Positions 38,284-48,681 of a DNA stretch of 62,738 nt are shown here, one piece after another. The stretch lies in NCBI GenBank assembly GCA_964496205.1, contig CAZBXV010000006.1, forward strand, positions 1-62,738. Direction: 5' to 3'. Below the pieces are notes generated by a model, which was not told the DNA's origin, did not search any database, and saw only the letters and a program-made list of their open reading frames with translations. The position numbers were made by a program, and so were the translations under genes. Source of the DNA: an uncultured Acidimicrobiia bacterium (GTDB taxonomy: Bacteria; Actinomycetota; Acidimicrobiia; Spongiisociales; UBA4744). Positions within the stretch are counted from its first letter, which is position 1, and each line of letters begins with the position of its first letter.

Positions 38284-39905
38284 GCGTCAGCGTCACCTTT
38301 CTCGGGGGGCTGGGGGAGATCGGCCGCAACTGCGCGGTCCTCGAGCAAGATGGCAAGTTGGCGCTCATCGACTGTGGCCTGATGTTCCCGGACGAGCACA
38401 TGGTCGGCGTCGATCTGGTCTATCCCGACTGGGGATGGGTCGTGGAGCGCAAGAAGGACGTTGTCTGTGTCGTAGTCACTCACGGGCACGAGGACCACAT
38501 CGGGGCGCTCGGCGAGTTCCTCAGGGACGTGCCGGCACCGGTGTTTGGCACCGGCTTCTCGATGGCGTTGGCCGCAAAGCGTGTCGAAGAAGCAGGTGTC
38601 GAAGCGGACTTCCGGGTCGTGCATGACAACGAGTGGGTGCAGGAGGGGCCCTTCCGGTTCATGTTCGTACCCGTTTCCCACAGCGTCCCCGAGGGGGCAG
38701 GAGTCGCGTTTGACACACCCGAAGGGCTCGTCGTCCACTCGGGCGATTTCAAACTGGATCCGACGCCGATCGACGGGCGTCCCACGGACCTGCCCCAGTT
38801 CGCGATGCTCGGGCGCGACGGCGTGCGCCTCCTCATGGCCGACAGCACAAACGCCGAAAACCCGGGGTTCGTACCGTCCGAAACCTCGCTGGAAGTCCCG
38901 ATTTCCGAGATCGTCCAGCACGCCCCGGGTCGAGTAATCGCCGCCTGTTTCGCGTCACATGTGCATCGTGTGCAGCAGATCGCCGATGCGGCGGTCGACG
39001 CCAACCGCAAGATCGCGTTCATCGGCAGATCCATGCACCGAGTGAGCAGTGTCGCTCGAGAGATGGGGATTCTCCGGATTCTCGACGATTCGATTGTCGA
39101 CATCGAGGAACTGGTTGACCTGCCCGCTCATAGGCAGATGGTGATCTCGACCGGAAGCCAGGGTGAGCCGTTCGCTGCGCTGTCGCTGATCGCGTCGGGG
39201 CGGCATCGATTCGTTGAACTCGACCCGACCGACACCGTGCTCGTCAGTGCAACTCCGATTCCCGGTAACGAAGCCGCCGTGTCACGGGTCATCAGCAGGC
39301 TGTGGAGGGCCGGCGCCACCGTGTACCACGGCCGGAATGCCCACGTGCATGTGTCCGGCCACGGAGCCCAAGACGAACTCAAGACCTTTCTCAACGTCGT
39401 GCGCCCGCGCACGTTCGTTCCGGTTCACGGTGAGTACCGTCATCTGCGCGCACACTCCGACCTCGCCCGACAGATGCGCGTTCCCGAGGTGTTCACGCTC
39501 GAGGACGGCGACAGGATCGTTCTCGATGGTGAGGACACGAGGGCTGTGTACTCGGCGGTGTCCGGCGAATACGTGTATTTCGACGGGTCGGGTGATATGG
39601 ACGCCGGAATCGTTCGAGACCGCAGACGGCTCAGCGACGACGGTGTTGTCATCGCCACGGTGGGCGTTCGGCACGGAACCGCCGACGTCACCTACGGGCC
39701 CGAGTTGGACAGTCATGGCCTGGTTGGTACGCCCGACGTCGTACTCGCCAAAGCACGGGACGCCATTCTCCAAGAACTCGGCTCGAAGAAGGGCTCGTGT
39801 GAGTCTGCGGTCGTGAAACAGTCGGTTCGGACCGCGACAAGGAAGGTTGTCCGCGAAGAGACTCGCCTGAACCCGGTCGTGGTGGCGGTCGTGTTCGAGA
39901 CATGA
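38280..39905 (+). CDS. rnj: Ribonuclease J
   Basis: GGLGEIGRN, THGHEDHIG, HVSGH, PVHGEYRH; GTGA overlap with dapA. Confidence 0.95.
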   Translation: MSVSVTFLGGLGEIGRNCAVLEQDGKLALIDCGLMFPDEHMVGVDLVYPDWGWVVERKKDVVCVVVTHGHEDHIGALGEFLRDVPAPVFGTGFSMALAAKRVEEAGVEADFRVVHDNEWVQEGPFRFMFVPVSHSVPEGAGVAFDTPEGLVVHSGDFKLDPTPIDGRPTDLPQFAMLGRDGVRLLMADSTNAENPGFVPSETSLEVPISEIVQHAPGRVIAACFASHVHRVQQIADAAVDANRKIAFIGRSMHRVSSVAREMGILRILDDSIVDIEELVDLPAHRQMVISTGSQGEPFAALSLIASGRHRFVELDPTDTVLVSATPIPGNEAAVSRVISRLWRAGATVYHGRNAHVHVSGHGAQDELKTFLNVVRPRTFVPVHGEYRHLRAHSDLARQMRVPEVFTLEDGDRIVLDGEDTRAVYSAVSGEYVYFDGSGDMDAGIVRDRRRLSDDGVVIATVGVRHGTADVTYGPELDSHGLVGTPDVVLAKARDAILQELGSKKGSCESAVVKQSVRTATRKVVREETRLNPVVVAVVFET

Positions 39906-39947
39906 TCATTGGCCCGCGCGCGAGGCTCGTGTAGGCTCACAGGCAAC

Positions 39948-42248
39948 ATGGCAACCCGGACACCCACCCGCCGGGGAGCAAGCGGGCGGAAGCGGGTGTC
40001 TCGGACAAAGAAGCCGACGCCACGCGCGACGCGCGGCCGCTCGAAGGCGTCGAAGAGCACGATGGCGGTGCGTTTCGCATCGCTCAAGTCGCGTTTGCGT
40101 GCGCATCTCGGCCGCCAGACCGATGACGTATGGGGCGTGGTGCTGATCGTCATCGCAGTACTCGTCACCCTTGCATTCTTCGGACAGGCAGGTCCTGTCG
40201 GACGATGGACGGTTGCAGGGCTTCGGATCCTCTTCGGGCTCTGGTCGTATCTGGTGCCGGTGGCGGTCGCCGGGCTGGGCGTTCTCCTCATCACCGGCGG
40301 GCAGCGGTCCCCGTCGGGGCGCGTTGCAAGCGGTGTCGCCCTCGCGTTCGTCGGCACGCTCGCGCTGTTCCATCTGATGACCGGAACGGTGTCCTTGTCG
40401 GCATCCATCGAATTGGTCCAGGAACGCGGAGGTGCAGTCGGGTCACTCATCGCATTCCCGCTCCGAAGAGTGATCGGTTTCTGGGGAGCGTTCGTGGTGT
40501 TGTTTGCGTTGACGTGCACCGGTCTGCTCATTCTCACCCGAACGACCGTACGCCAGTTGTGGTTGGCGATCGTGGACATCGTCAGGGGCATTCGGGCCTG
40601 GGCACGGCACACGCGCTCGCAAAGCCCCAAGGTGGCCACGCAACTCCGCACGCCGAGACCGGTGCCGAAGCATCGTGCTGTCACCACACAACCGGCGAAG
40701 AATGCCGCAAAGGTGTCCCGCCCGCCCAAATCGAAGCCAAAGGCGAAACCCGGGCCGGGTCAGACGTCGATCCCGCTCCCACCGCCGACACCAGGGGAGG
40801 GCTACACGAAGCCGCCGATGGAGCTGCTGTCGACCGGTTCGGGGGAAGCGCACAGCCGCAAGGCGCTCGAAGAGACCGCCCGTGAGCTGGAAGACACACT
40901 CATCCAGCATGGCGTTGATGCCCATCTCACCAAGATCGTGCCCGGACCCACGGTGACGCGCTACGAGATCGAACTCGCGCCCGGTGTGAAAGTCGCGCGC
41001 ATCACCAGCCTGGCCCACGACATCGCGTACGCGCTCGCTACGCCGGACGTGCGTCTCCTTGCTCCGATCCCCGGCAAGAGCGCGATCGGCGTCGAGGTAC
41101 CAAATCGCCGGAGGCGACTCATCACTCTGGGAGATGTGCTCAGATCCGAGGAGGCCTCTGGAGACACCGATCCGCTTTCGGTCGGTCTCGGTCTCGACAT
41201 CTCCGGAGCCCCCAAGCTGCTTCATCTCGAAGAGTTGCCACACGTCCTGATCGCCGGGGCGACCGGTGCCGGCAAATCGTCCTGCATCAACTCAATGGTC
41301 ACGTCATTGTTGATGCGGACGAACCCGGAGGACGTCAGGCTGATCATGGTCGACCCGAAACGCGTCGAGTTGGGCCAGTACAACGGCGTGCCCCATCTGC
41401 TGACGAGGGTCATCACCAACCCGAAGAAGGCGGCCGACGCCCTCCAATGGGTGGTGAGCGAGATGGACCGGCGCTACGACCTCGTCGCCGATGCGCAGGT
41501 TCGAGACATCATCGGCTATCGGGAGAAGTGGGACGCGGGACTGCTCGACAAAGACGGATTCGACCGGTTCCCCTACATCGTGGTGATCGTCGACGAACTC
41601 AACGACCTGATGATGGTCGCGGGCCGTCAGGTGGAGAGCGCCATCGTGCGCATCGCCCAAATGGCACGAGCGGTCGGAATCCACCTCGTGATCGCAACCC
41701 AGCGTCCCTCGGTTGACGTGATCACCGGTGTGATCAAGGCGAACATCCCGAGCCGTCTCGCGTTCTCGGTGGCATCCATGGCGGACTCGCGGGTCATCCT
41801 CGACACCGGGGGTGCGGAGAAGCTCGTCGGAATGGGCGACATGCTCGTTGCCACTGCAACGCATCCCCGACCGGAACGGATTCAGGGTGCGTGGGTGAGC
41901 GAGGACGAGGTCCACAAGGTCGTCGACTGGGTCAAGCACCAGCGGAAAGCCAAGTACCAGGACAAGGTGATCGAAGCTGCAGCTGCCCAGGCACAGGCTG
42001 CCGAAGAGGACGCCGACGGGGAAGACGCCGAACTCCTCCGACAGGCAACGGAGCTCGTGGTTCGATCCCAGCTCGGATCCACCTCGATGCTGCAACGAAA
42101 GCTGCGAGTGGGATTCGCCCGTGCGGGCCGCCTGATGGACATCCTCGAACAACGCGGTGTCGTCGGTCCCTCGGAGGGATCGAAGGCGCGTTCGGTGTTG
42201 ATGACGGTCGAAGAGTTCGAAGAGCAGTTGGCCGGATCGAAGAGCTGA
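39948..42248 (+). CDS. ftsK: DNA translocase FtsK
   Basis: N-terminal TMs, GATGAGKS, DELNDLMM, ATQRPS, gamma domain STSMLQRKLRVGFARAGR. Confidence 0.95.
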   Translation: MATRTPTRRGASGRKRVSRTKKPTPRATRGRSKASKSTMAVRFASLKSRLRAHLGRQTDDVWGVVLIVIAVLVTLAFFGQAGPVGRWTVAGLRILFGLWSYLVPVAVAGLGVLLITGGQRSPSGRVASGVALAFVGTLALFHLMTGTVSLSASIELVQERGGAVGSLIAFPLRRVIGFWGAFVVLFALTCTGLLILTRTTVRQLWLAIVDIVRGIRAWARHTRSQSPKVATQLRTPRPVPKHRAVTTQPAKNAAKVSRPPKSKPKAKPGPGQTSIPLPPPTPGEGYTKPPMELLSTGSGEAHSRKALEETARELEDTLIQHGVDAHLTKIVPGPTVTRYEIELAPGVKVARITSLAHDIAYALATPDVRLLAPIPGKSAIGVEVPNRRRRLITLGDVLRSEEASGDTDPLSVGLGLDISGAPKLLHLEELPHVLIAGATGAGKSSCINSMVTSLLMRTNPEDVRLIMVDPKRVELGQYNGVPHLLTRVITNPKKAADALQWVVSEMDRRYDLVADAQVRDIIGYREKWDAGLLDKDGFDRFPYIVVIVDELNDLMMVAGRQVESAIVRIAQMARAVGIHLVIATQRPSVDVITGVIKANIPSRLAFSVASMADSRVILDTGGAEKLVGMGDMLVATATHPRPERIQGAWVSEDEVHKVVDWVKHQRKAKYQDKVIEAAAAQAQAAEEDADGEDAELLRQATELVVRSQLGSTSMLQRKLRVGFARAGRLMDILEQRGVVGPSEGSKARSVLMTVEEFEEQLAGSKS

Positions 42249-42250
42249 CG

Positions 42251-43453
42251 CTATCCGCCGAGGAAGGCCTTGTCGACCATCGCCGCCATCTCTGCTCTCG
42301 TGATCGAACGCATCGGTCTGTAGGTTCCGTCCGCATAGCCGTCGGTGATGCCGAGTCGAGCCAGCTCTTCGACATACGGCGCGTACCACGCGCCCACCGG
42401 CACGTCCGAGAAGGTCCCTTGCACGGCACCTGCCGACCCGTTGAGTGCCCTGACGATGAACACGGCCATTTCCGCCCGGGTCACGGATGCGTTGGGGCAG
42501 TATCGGAGTGGATCAGTCGCACACCCTGTAGTGATGTCGGTGAGAAAGAGCTGTTCGGCATAGCCCGCGAACCAGTCGGATGATCGAACGTCCGCGAAGT
42601 AGCCGGCATACCCGCCTGACGTACCGTCGATGCCGAGCGCCCTCAGAAGGAAGGCCGCCATCTCCGCCCTTGTGACCGGGTCCTCCGGACAGAAAGCCAT
42701 AGGATCGGTCGCACAGCCATTGGTGACTCCCGCCTGGTAGAGGGCATCGACCGGCCCTCTCGCCCAGTAGTCCGGAGGCACGTCGATCCATGGATCGCAC
42801 AGATCGCCGATTCCGTTGCCGTCGGCATCGGCCTGATCAGGGTTCTTGACGGTCGGGCAGTTGTCGACATCGTTCGGGACACCGTCGAAGTCCGAGTCGT
42901 CGATGCCGGGTTCGCCGATCACCGTTGCCGCGAGCAGGCTCTCGTAGGGGTTGAACTTGGTTCCGTCTGGGCGGTGGAGTTCGAAGTGAAGGTGAGGGGC
43001 GACGTTTTCTGCATTGCCGCTGTCACCCACCCAGCCGATCAGCTGTCCTGCCTCGACATGGACACCCTGCGTGATGCCTGGGGCGAAACCCCACCCCTGG
43101 CCGTCGTCGGTTCCGGGCGTGTCGTTGTTGAGGTGGATGTACCAGCTCACCCAGCCGTCATCGTGGCGCAGTTCCATTGCGCAGCAATCGCCACCCTGCT
43201 CATCGTGCATCCAACCGACGGTTCCCGACGCGGCGGCAACGACCGGCGTCATCTTGTCGGCCATGATGTCGGTGGCTCCGTGGGTCCGTCCTCCCGACCT
43301 GGGCGCATCGAACGTATCGGTGAAATGGTTGGGTCCGAGCACGGGGAAGATGATCGGATAGATTTCCGCTGCTGAGGACACCGAGGGGATCGAGAGAACC
43401 GAGATGACGAGTGCGAGCGCGACGAAAACGCGAACCCTGGAGGCGGCCCCCAT
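42251..43453 (-). CDS. Secreted M23 peptidase with thrombospondin type-3 repeats and SLH domains
   Basis: Signal peptide; H.ATD, YIHLN, HLHFE; DNCPTVKNPDQADADGNGIGDLCD; three TRAEMA SLH motifs. Confidence 0.88.
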   Translation of the reverse strand: MGAASRVRVFVALALVISVLSIPSVSSAAEIYPIIFPVLGPNHFTDTFDAPRSGGRTHGATDIMADKMTPVVAAASGTVGWMHDEQGGDCCAMELRHDDGWVSWYIHLNNDTPGTDDGQGWGFAPGITQGVHVEAGQLIGWVGDSGNAENVAPHLHFELHRPDGTKFNPYESLLAATVIGEPGIDDSDFDGVPNDVDNCPTVKNPDQADADGNGIGDLCDPWIDVPPDYWARGPVDALYQAGVTNGCATDPMAFCPEDPVTRAEMAAFLLRALGIDGTSGGYAGYFADVRSSDWFAGYAEQLFLTDITTGCATDPLRYCPNASVTRAEMAVFIVRALNGSAGAVQGTFSDVPVGAWYAPYVEELARLGITDGYADGTYRPMRSITRAEMAAMVDKAFLGG

Positions 43454-43563
43454 GCGTGTCTCCCTTCGCTTCGAACCGAGAACATCGGCAGAAACGGGCC
43501 GGTTCTTGAGCGGTTTCGAATCGTCTGACAACCTATGCTGGTGGTACGCCCGCAGGAGGAGCG

Positions 43564-45351
43564 ATGACCGAACTGATACGCCGTTTTGGAACCCTTGTCG
43601 ACATCTACCAGCAAGCTTTCAAGGAGTTCGGTGATCGGCCCGCCTTCGGCACGAAGACAGGCGCTGCTTGGCAGTGGATCACGTACGCCCAGTTCGGCTC
43701 GATGATCGAACAGATGCGAGGCGGTCTCGCAGGACTCGGAGTCGGTCACGGTGACCGGGTGTCGATCATCGCGAACAACCGGGTCGAATGGGCCGTGGTC
43801 GCCGGTGCGACATACATGTTGGGAGGAACGGTCGTCCCCATGTACGAAACCCAGCTCGAGAAGGACTGGAGCTACATCATCGACGACTGCGGTTCGAAGG
43901 TGCTCTTCGTCGCAAACGAGGACATCGACAGGCGAGTCGCATCCGTCCCTCACCCGGGGTTGGAGTCGGTCGTTGTGATCGACGCATCCGACGAGTACTC
44001 CGGGCTGACCTACGCGCAACTCCTCGCATCGGGTTCGAGCAGGCCCGCGGCCATCGCCGACGTGTCGAGGGATGACCTCGCCGACATCATCTACACGTCC
44101 GGGACGACCGGAAATCCGAAGGGTGTCGAGTTGACACACGCGAACCTCGCCGACAACGTCAGTGCCGAGCTCATGGTGGTGCCGATAAGCGCGGACGACC
44201 GAACCCTGTCGTTCTTGCCGTGGGCCCACAGCTTTGGGCAGACTCTCGAGCTCCACGGCGTGATGGCCGCGGGCGGCTCGATGGGGCTCGCCGAGTCGCC
44301 GGCGACGATCGCCGACAATCTGATGGAGGTCGAGCCGACGCTCCTGATTGCCGTTCCCCGCATCTTCAACAGGGTGTACGACGGCGTGAACGCCCTCATG
44401 GCCGAGGAAGGCGGGGTCAAGAAGAAGCTGTTCGACGCCGCTGTCGCGAACGAGTACAGGCGCATGGACATGGCCGAGGAGGGCCGCACCAGTGCGGTCG
44501 TCGAGATGAAACACCGGCTCTTCGACGCGCTCGTGTTCTCGAAGGTGCGCGAGAGGTTCGGTGGCAGACTGAAACTCGCAGCGAGCGGTTCGGCCGCGCT
44601 GTCACCCGAGGTCAACAAGTTCGTCGACGCGCTCGGCATCGACGTGCTGCAGGGGTATGGGCTGTCGGAGACGTCACCGCTGGCGACCGTGAACCCCATC
44701 GAGAAGCGCAAGATCGGCTCGGTCGGTCCGGCTATTGCAGGCGTCCGCATCGCGCTCGATCATGTCGCGACCGCCGACCCCGAGGACGGCGAGATCATCA
44801 TTTACGGACACTGCGTCATGCGTGGATACCACAACCTCCCTGAACAAAACCAGGCGGTGTTCACCGAGGACGGTGGGTTCCGGACCGGCGACATCGGGCA
44901 CCTCGATGAGGACGGGTACCTCTACATCACCGGCAGAGTGAAGGAGCAGTACAAGCTCGAAACGGGCAAGTACGTCGTTCCGACGCCGATCGAAGAACAG
45001 ATTCGCCTGTCACCGTTCATCTCGAATGTGATGATCTACGGCGTCAATCGTCCCCACAACGTTGCGCTGGTCGTTCCGGACTTCGCTGCGCTGGACAAGT
45101 GGGCGAAGGAGCGGGGGATCCCGTCGGACGACAGAGGGTCGTTGCTGCAAGAGACCGAGGTTCGTGACCTCTTCCAGAAGGAGATCGACACCGCGTCTCG
45201 AGGCATCAAGTCCTACGAGCGGGTCAAGAGTTTCGTGCTCGTTCAGGATGACTTCACGCAGGAGAACGGCATCCTTTCACAGACACTCAAGGTGAAGCGA
45301 CGCGAAGTGATGAGGCGCTGGGGTGACGACCTGGAGTCCCTGTACCAGTAG
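43564..45351 (+). CDS. fadD: Long-chain fatty acid-CoA ligase
   Basis: YTSGTTGNPKG, GYGLSET, RTGDIG, ITGRVKE. Confidence 0.9.
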   Translation: MTELIRRFGTLVDIYQQAFKEFGDRPAFGTKTGAAWQWITYAQFGSMIEQMRGGLAGLGVGHGDRVSIIANNRVEWAVVAGATYMLGGTVVPMYETQLEKDWSYIIDDCGSKVLFVANEDIDRRVASVPHPGLESVVVIDASDEYSGLTYAQLLASGSSRPAAIADVSRDDLADIIYTSGTTGNPKGVELTHANLADNVSAELMVVPISADDRTLSFLPWAHSFGQTLELHGVMAAGGSMGLAESPATIADNLMEVEPTLLIAVPRIFNRVYDGVNALMAEEGGVKKKLFDAAVANEYRRMDMAEEGRTSAVVEMKHRLFDALVFSKVRERFGGRLKLAASGSAALSPEVNKFVDALGIDVLQGYGLSETSPLATVNPIEKRKIGSVGPAIAGVRIALDHVATADPEDGEIIIYGHCVMRGYHNLPEQNQAVFTEDGGFRTGDIGHLDEDGYLYITGRVKEQYKLETGKYVVPTPIEEQIRLSPFISNVMIYGVNRPHNVALVVPDFAALDKWAKERGIPSDDRGSLLQETEVRDLFQKEIDTASRGIKSYERVKSFVLVQDDFTQENGILSQTLKVKRREVMRRWGDDLESLYQ

Positions 45352-45377
45352 GGTGGTGCCGTGAGCTGTGAGGTCTA

Positions 45378-46556
45378 GTGGAGTTTCGCCTGCCTGACAT
45401 CGGGGAGGGCCTCACGGAGGCCGAGGTCGTTCGATGGCTGGTGCCCGTCGGCGGCTTCGTCGAGATCGACGCTCCACTCGTTGAAGTGGAGACGGACAAG
45501 GCCGTCGTCGAGATCCCCTCGCCGTTTGCGGGCGTTGTTCAGGAGCATGGAGCCGAAGAAGGCGACACGATCAAGGTAGGTGCGGTCCTCGTCGTCATTG
45601 GTGAGACCGCTCCTTCGGGCAGCGGCACCCACCACCGTCCGGCTCGATCCGAAGTGACCTCATCGTCGCCGGCAGCTCAACCGACGGGCACGGCGACACG
45701 TCCGGTTCCCGCCAAGGGAGAACGACCCGCCAAGGCGAAAGCACTCCCCGTCATTCGAAAACTGGCACGGGATCTCGGCGTCGACCTCGCAGAGGTCACG
45801 CCGACCGGACCAGACGGAACGATCACGAGAGAGGATGTGGAGCGAGCGGCGAGCGGGACCCCGAGCACGGCTGGAAACGCCGACGAGCGAGTGCCGATGA
45901 CTCGCCTGCGCCGGACCATCGCCGCACACATGGAGCGTTCGTGGAGGGAGATTCCGCACGTCACCACCTTCGACCTCATCGACGGCTCGTCGCTCCTCGA
46001 CGCCAAGGCCACCCTCGAACGACTCCACGATCGACCATTCCCGATCGAGACGCTCGTGATCAAGGCAGTTGTGCCCATCCTGGTCCGGTTCCCCAGCTTC
46101 AATGCCACCCTCGAAGGTGACGGTCTGATTCTGCACCGGCGATACGACATAGGAGTGGCCGTCGACACGCAGGAAGGGTTGATCGTGCCGGTGATCAAGG
46201 CTGCAGACACGCTCGATCTGACGAGTCTTGCAGAGGAGATCACTCGCCTCTCCGCTGCCGCCAAGCAGCGGAGTGTGGTGCCCGACGAGATAGCCGGCGC
46301 AACATTCACGATCTCGAATATCGGAGCCGTCGGCGGAGGGTTTGGCACTCCGATCATTCCCTACGGAACGACAGCCATCCTGTCGGTTGGGCGCGCTACA
46401 GACGCCCCGGTTGTGCGAGATGGTGAACTCGCCATTGCCCCGATGGTGCCGCTGTCGCTCTCTTACGACCATCGCGTTGTCGACGGGAGAGAGGGACGAG
46501 CGTTCATGACGGCGCTCATCGAAAGCCTCGAGAACCCGGAGGCTCTCCTCGCCTAG
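45378..46556 (+). CDS. Dihydrolipoamide acyltransferase (E2 of a 2-oxoacid dehydrogenase)
   Basis: Lipoyl ETDKA, peripheral subunit-binding domain PVIRKLARDLGVDL, catalytic DHRVVDG. Confidence 0.92.
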   Translation: MEFRLPDIGEGLTEAEVVRWLVPVGGFVEIDAPLVEVETDKAVVEIPSPFAGVVQEHGAEEGDTIKVGAVLVVIGETAPSGSGTHHRPARSEVTSSSPAAQPTGTATRPVPAKGERPAKAKALPVIRKLARDLGVDLAEVTPTGPDGTITREDVERAASGTPSTAGNADERVPMTRLRRTIAAHMERSWREIPHVTTFDLIDGSSLLDAKATLERLHDRPFPIETLVIKAVVPILVRFPSFNATLEGDGLILHRRYDIGVAVDTQEGLIVPVIKAADTLDLTSLAEEITRLSAAAKQRSVVPDEIAGATFTISNIGAVGGGFGTPIIPYGTTAILSVGRATDAPVVRDGELAIAPMVPLSLSYDHRVVDGREGRAFMTALIESLENPEALLA

Positions 46557-47335
46557 GGCCGTTCGCTGCGACGCAGCAGTCTGGTCAGAAGGGTGGCGAG
46601 ATGCCCGGGGAGGACCTTGCCGACGCCAACGGTCGCCTTGTTCAATACTCCGGGTACGACGAGCCTGCGTCCTGTCATCATCGCTTCGAAACCCACGGCG
46701 GCCACATCATGCGCGCTCATCATCGCTGCCTGCACAACACGCGACGAGTCGACGCCGGAGCGAAGCTGAAGGCCCATCGAGTGGGGATCCGGACACAGAG
46801 TGGTGACCGTGACTCCGGTGTCCTGCAACTCGTCCGACAGTGCCTGTGAGAGCGATACGACATATGCCTTCGTCGCGTGATAGACGGCCATCCCTGGACC
46901 GGGCTCGAAGGCCGCACTCGACGCGACATTGAGGATCCGTCCGTGGCCGCGCTCAACCATCCGGCCGACGATGCGGTAGGTGAGTGCTGTCATCGTTCGA
47001 ACGTTCAGATCGATCATCGCGAGCTGCGTGTCGAGGCTGCTGTCGAGGAATGGGCCCTTCGCTCCGAAGGCGGCGTTGTTGACGAGTACCTCCACCTCGA
47101 TCTCTTGATCGTCGAGCATGGCGATGAGGCGATCGATCTCTCCGGGCTGAGACAGATCGGAGCAGAAGGTCACCGTGTTGCACGGTTGATCCAACTCGAG
47201 CTGTGCCGCCGCCAATTCCAGATTCTGAGGGTCGCGGCCAACCATCACGAGGCAGTACCCATGCGACGCGAGCTGCTCGGCGAGTTCGAGTCCGATTCCC
47301 TGCGAAGCCCCTGTGATGAGTGCAAGTGATGGCAC
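46553..47335 (-). CDS. Short-chain dehydrogenase/reductase
   Basis: TGASQGIG, NNA, YHATK. Confidence 0.88.
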   Translation of the reverse strand: MPSLALITGASQGIGLELAEQLASHGYCLVMVGRDPQNLELAAAQLELDQPCNTVTFCSDLSQPGEIDRLIAMLDDQEIEVEVLVNNAAFGAKGPFLDSSLDTQLAMIDLNVRTMTALTYRIVGRMVERGHGRILNVASSAAFEPGPGMAVYHATKAYVVSLSQALSDELQDTGVTVTTLCPDPHSMGLQLRSGVDSSRVVQAAMMSAHDVAAVGFEAMMTGRRLVVPGVLNKATVGVGKVLPGHLATLLTRLLRRSERP

Positions 47336-47373
47336 GACACTGCAGTCTATTCGCGGAGAGGTACCCTTTGGCG

Positions 47374-48681
47374 ATGGCCGCTCCCTCCGTATGGCTGACC
47401 ACCCTCGGCTGTGCGAAAAACCAGGTTGACTCGGAGAAGATCGACGGTGTACTCGGCGATGCCGGGTTCACTCACGCGGCGGCTCCAGAACAGGCCGATG
47501 TGATCATGATCAATACCTGTGCGTTCATCGAAGACGCCAGGCGAGAGTCGATCGACACCATCCTCGAGCTTTCGGAGGCCAGAAGAGCCGGGGCCAGGCT
47601 CGTTGTTCTCGGTTGCATGGCGCAGCGGTACGGACAGGAGATCGCCGAGGCCATTCCAGATGTCGATGCAGTGATCGGGATCGATCAATACTCGGAACTG
47701 ATTCCAGCGGTCGAGGGGATGACGGGGTGGCAAGGGGTCCGGTTGCACAGTTCCGCAATGGACATCCTCCATGAGGTTCGACGGGGCGCCCCCGCGATGC
47801 CGTTCGCGTATCTGAAGGTCGCAGAAGGCTGTGACAAGACCTGCACGTTCTGTGCAATTCCGTCGTTTCGTGGCCGGCAACGATCGAGGCCCATCGCTCA
47901 TGTCGTCGCTGAGGCCGAACGCTTGGTTTCCGATGGTGTCCGCGAGATCGTGCTCGTTGCTCAGGATCTTGCCGCCTACGGACGCGACACGGACCGGCCC
48001 GAGCGCATCGTGGACCTTGTGCACGCCGTAGCCGAAACGCCCGGACTGTGGAAGGTCCGCTTGCTATATCTGTATCCGTCCGAAATCAGACCCGGGCTCA
48101 TTCGCGAGATCGCCGACAATGGCAAGGTCGCCTCGTACTTCGATCTCAGCCTCCAACATGCGGAGCGTCGCCTGCTGCGAGCGATGGCTCGCCCAGGTGG
48201 CGCCGATCGCTACCTGCGGCTCATCGACGACATCAAAGCGGCCGCACCGGACGCGGCGCTGCGTTCGAGCTTCATCGTCGGGTTTCCGGGCGAAACGGAA
48301 GCGGACGTGGGCACCCTGGAAGGGTTTCTCGAAGCTGCCGGTCTCGATTGGGCGGGGTTCTTCCCGTACTCGGCGGAGGAGGGAACGTCGGCGGCCCTGT
48401 TGCCCGGCAGACTCGACCATGAGGAGATCGCTGAACGAACGCGCCATCTCCAAACCATCCAGGAGACGATCACAGCCGGCAAGCGGGCCGGCACCGTGGG
48501 ACAGACGATCGAAGTGCTGATCGACCAGATCGAAGACGGAATCCCGGTCGGCAGGTCGGCCCGAGAGGCTCCTGAGATCGACGGCATGATCACACTCGAT
48601 AGAGGAATCCAAGGGCAGGTCGTCCAAGCTCGCATCACGGCGGCGTACGGACCCGATCTGGAAGGGATCGTGGCCGGATGA
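47374..48681 (+). CDS. rimO: Ribosomal protein S12 methylthiotransferase
   Basis: LGCAKNQVDSE, NTCAFI, CDKTCTFC, APEIDG. Confidence 0.93.
   Translation: MAAPSVWLTTLGCAKNQVDSEKIDGVLGDAGFTHAAAPEQADVIMINTCAFIEDARRESIDTILELSEARRAGARLVVLGCMAQRYGQEIAEAIPDVDAVIGIDQYSELIPAVEGMTGWQGVRLHSSAMDILHEVRRGAPAMPFAYLKVAEGCDKTCTFCAIPSFRGRQRSRPIAHVVAEAERLVSDGVREIVLVAQDLAAYGRDTDRPERIVDLVHAVAETPGLWKVRLLYLYPSEIRPGLIREIADNGKVASYFDLSLQHAERRLLRAMARPGGADRYLRLIDDIKAAAPDAALRSSFIVGFPGETEADVGTLEGFLEAAGLDWAGFFPYSAEEGTSAALLPGRLDHEEIAERTRHLQTIQETITAGKRAGTVGQTIEVLIDQIEDGIPVGRSAREAPEIDGMITLDRGIQGQVVQARITAAYGPDLEGIVAG

Noticed and set aside
42300-42800. Recurring sequence blocks such as GGATC(A/G)GTCGCACA
   Set aside because: Coding repeats of the SLH domains
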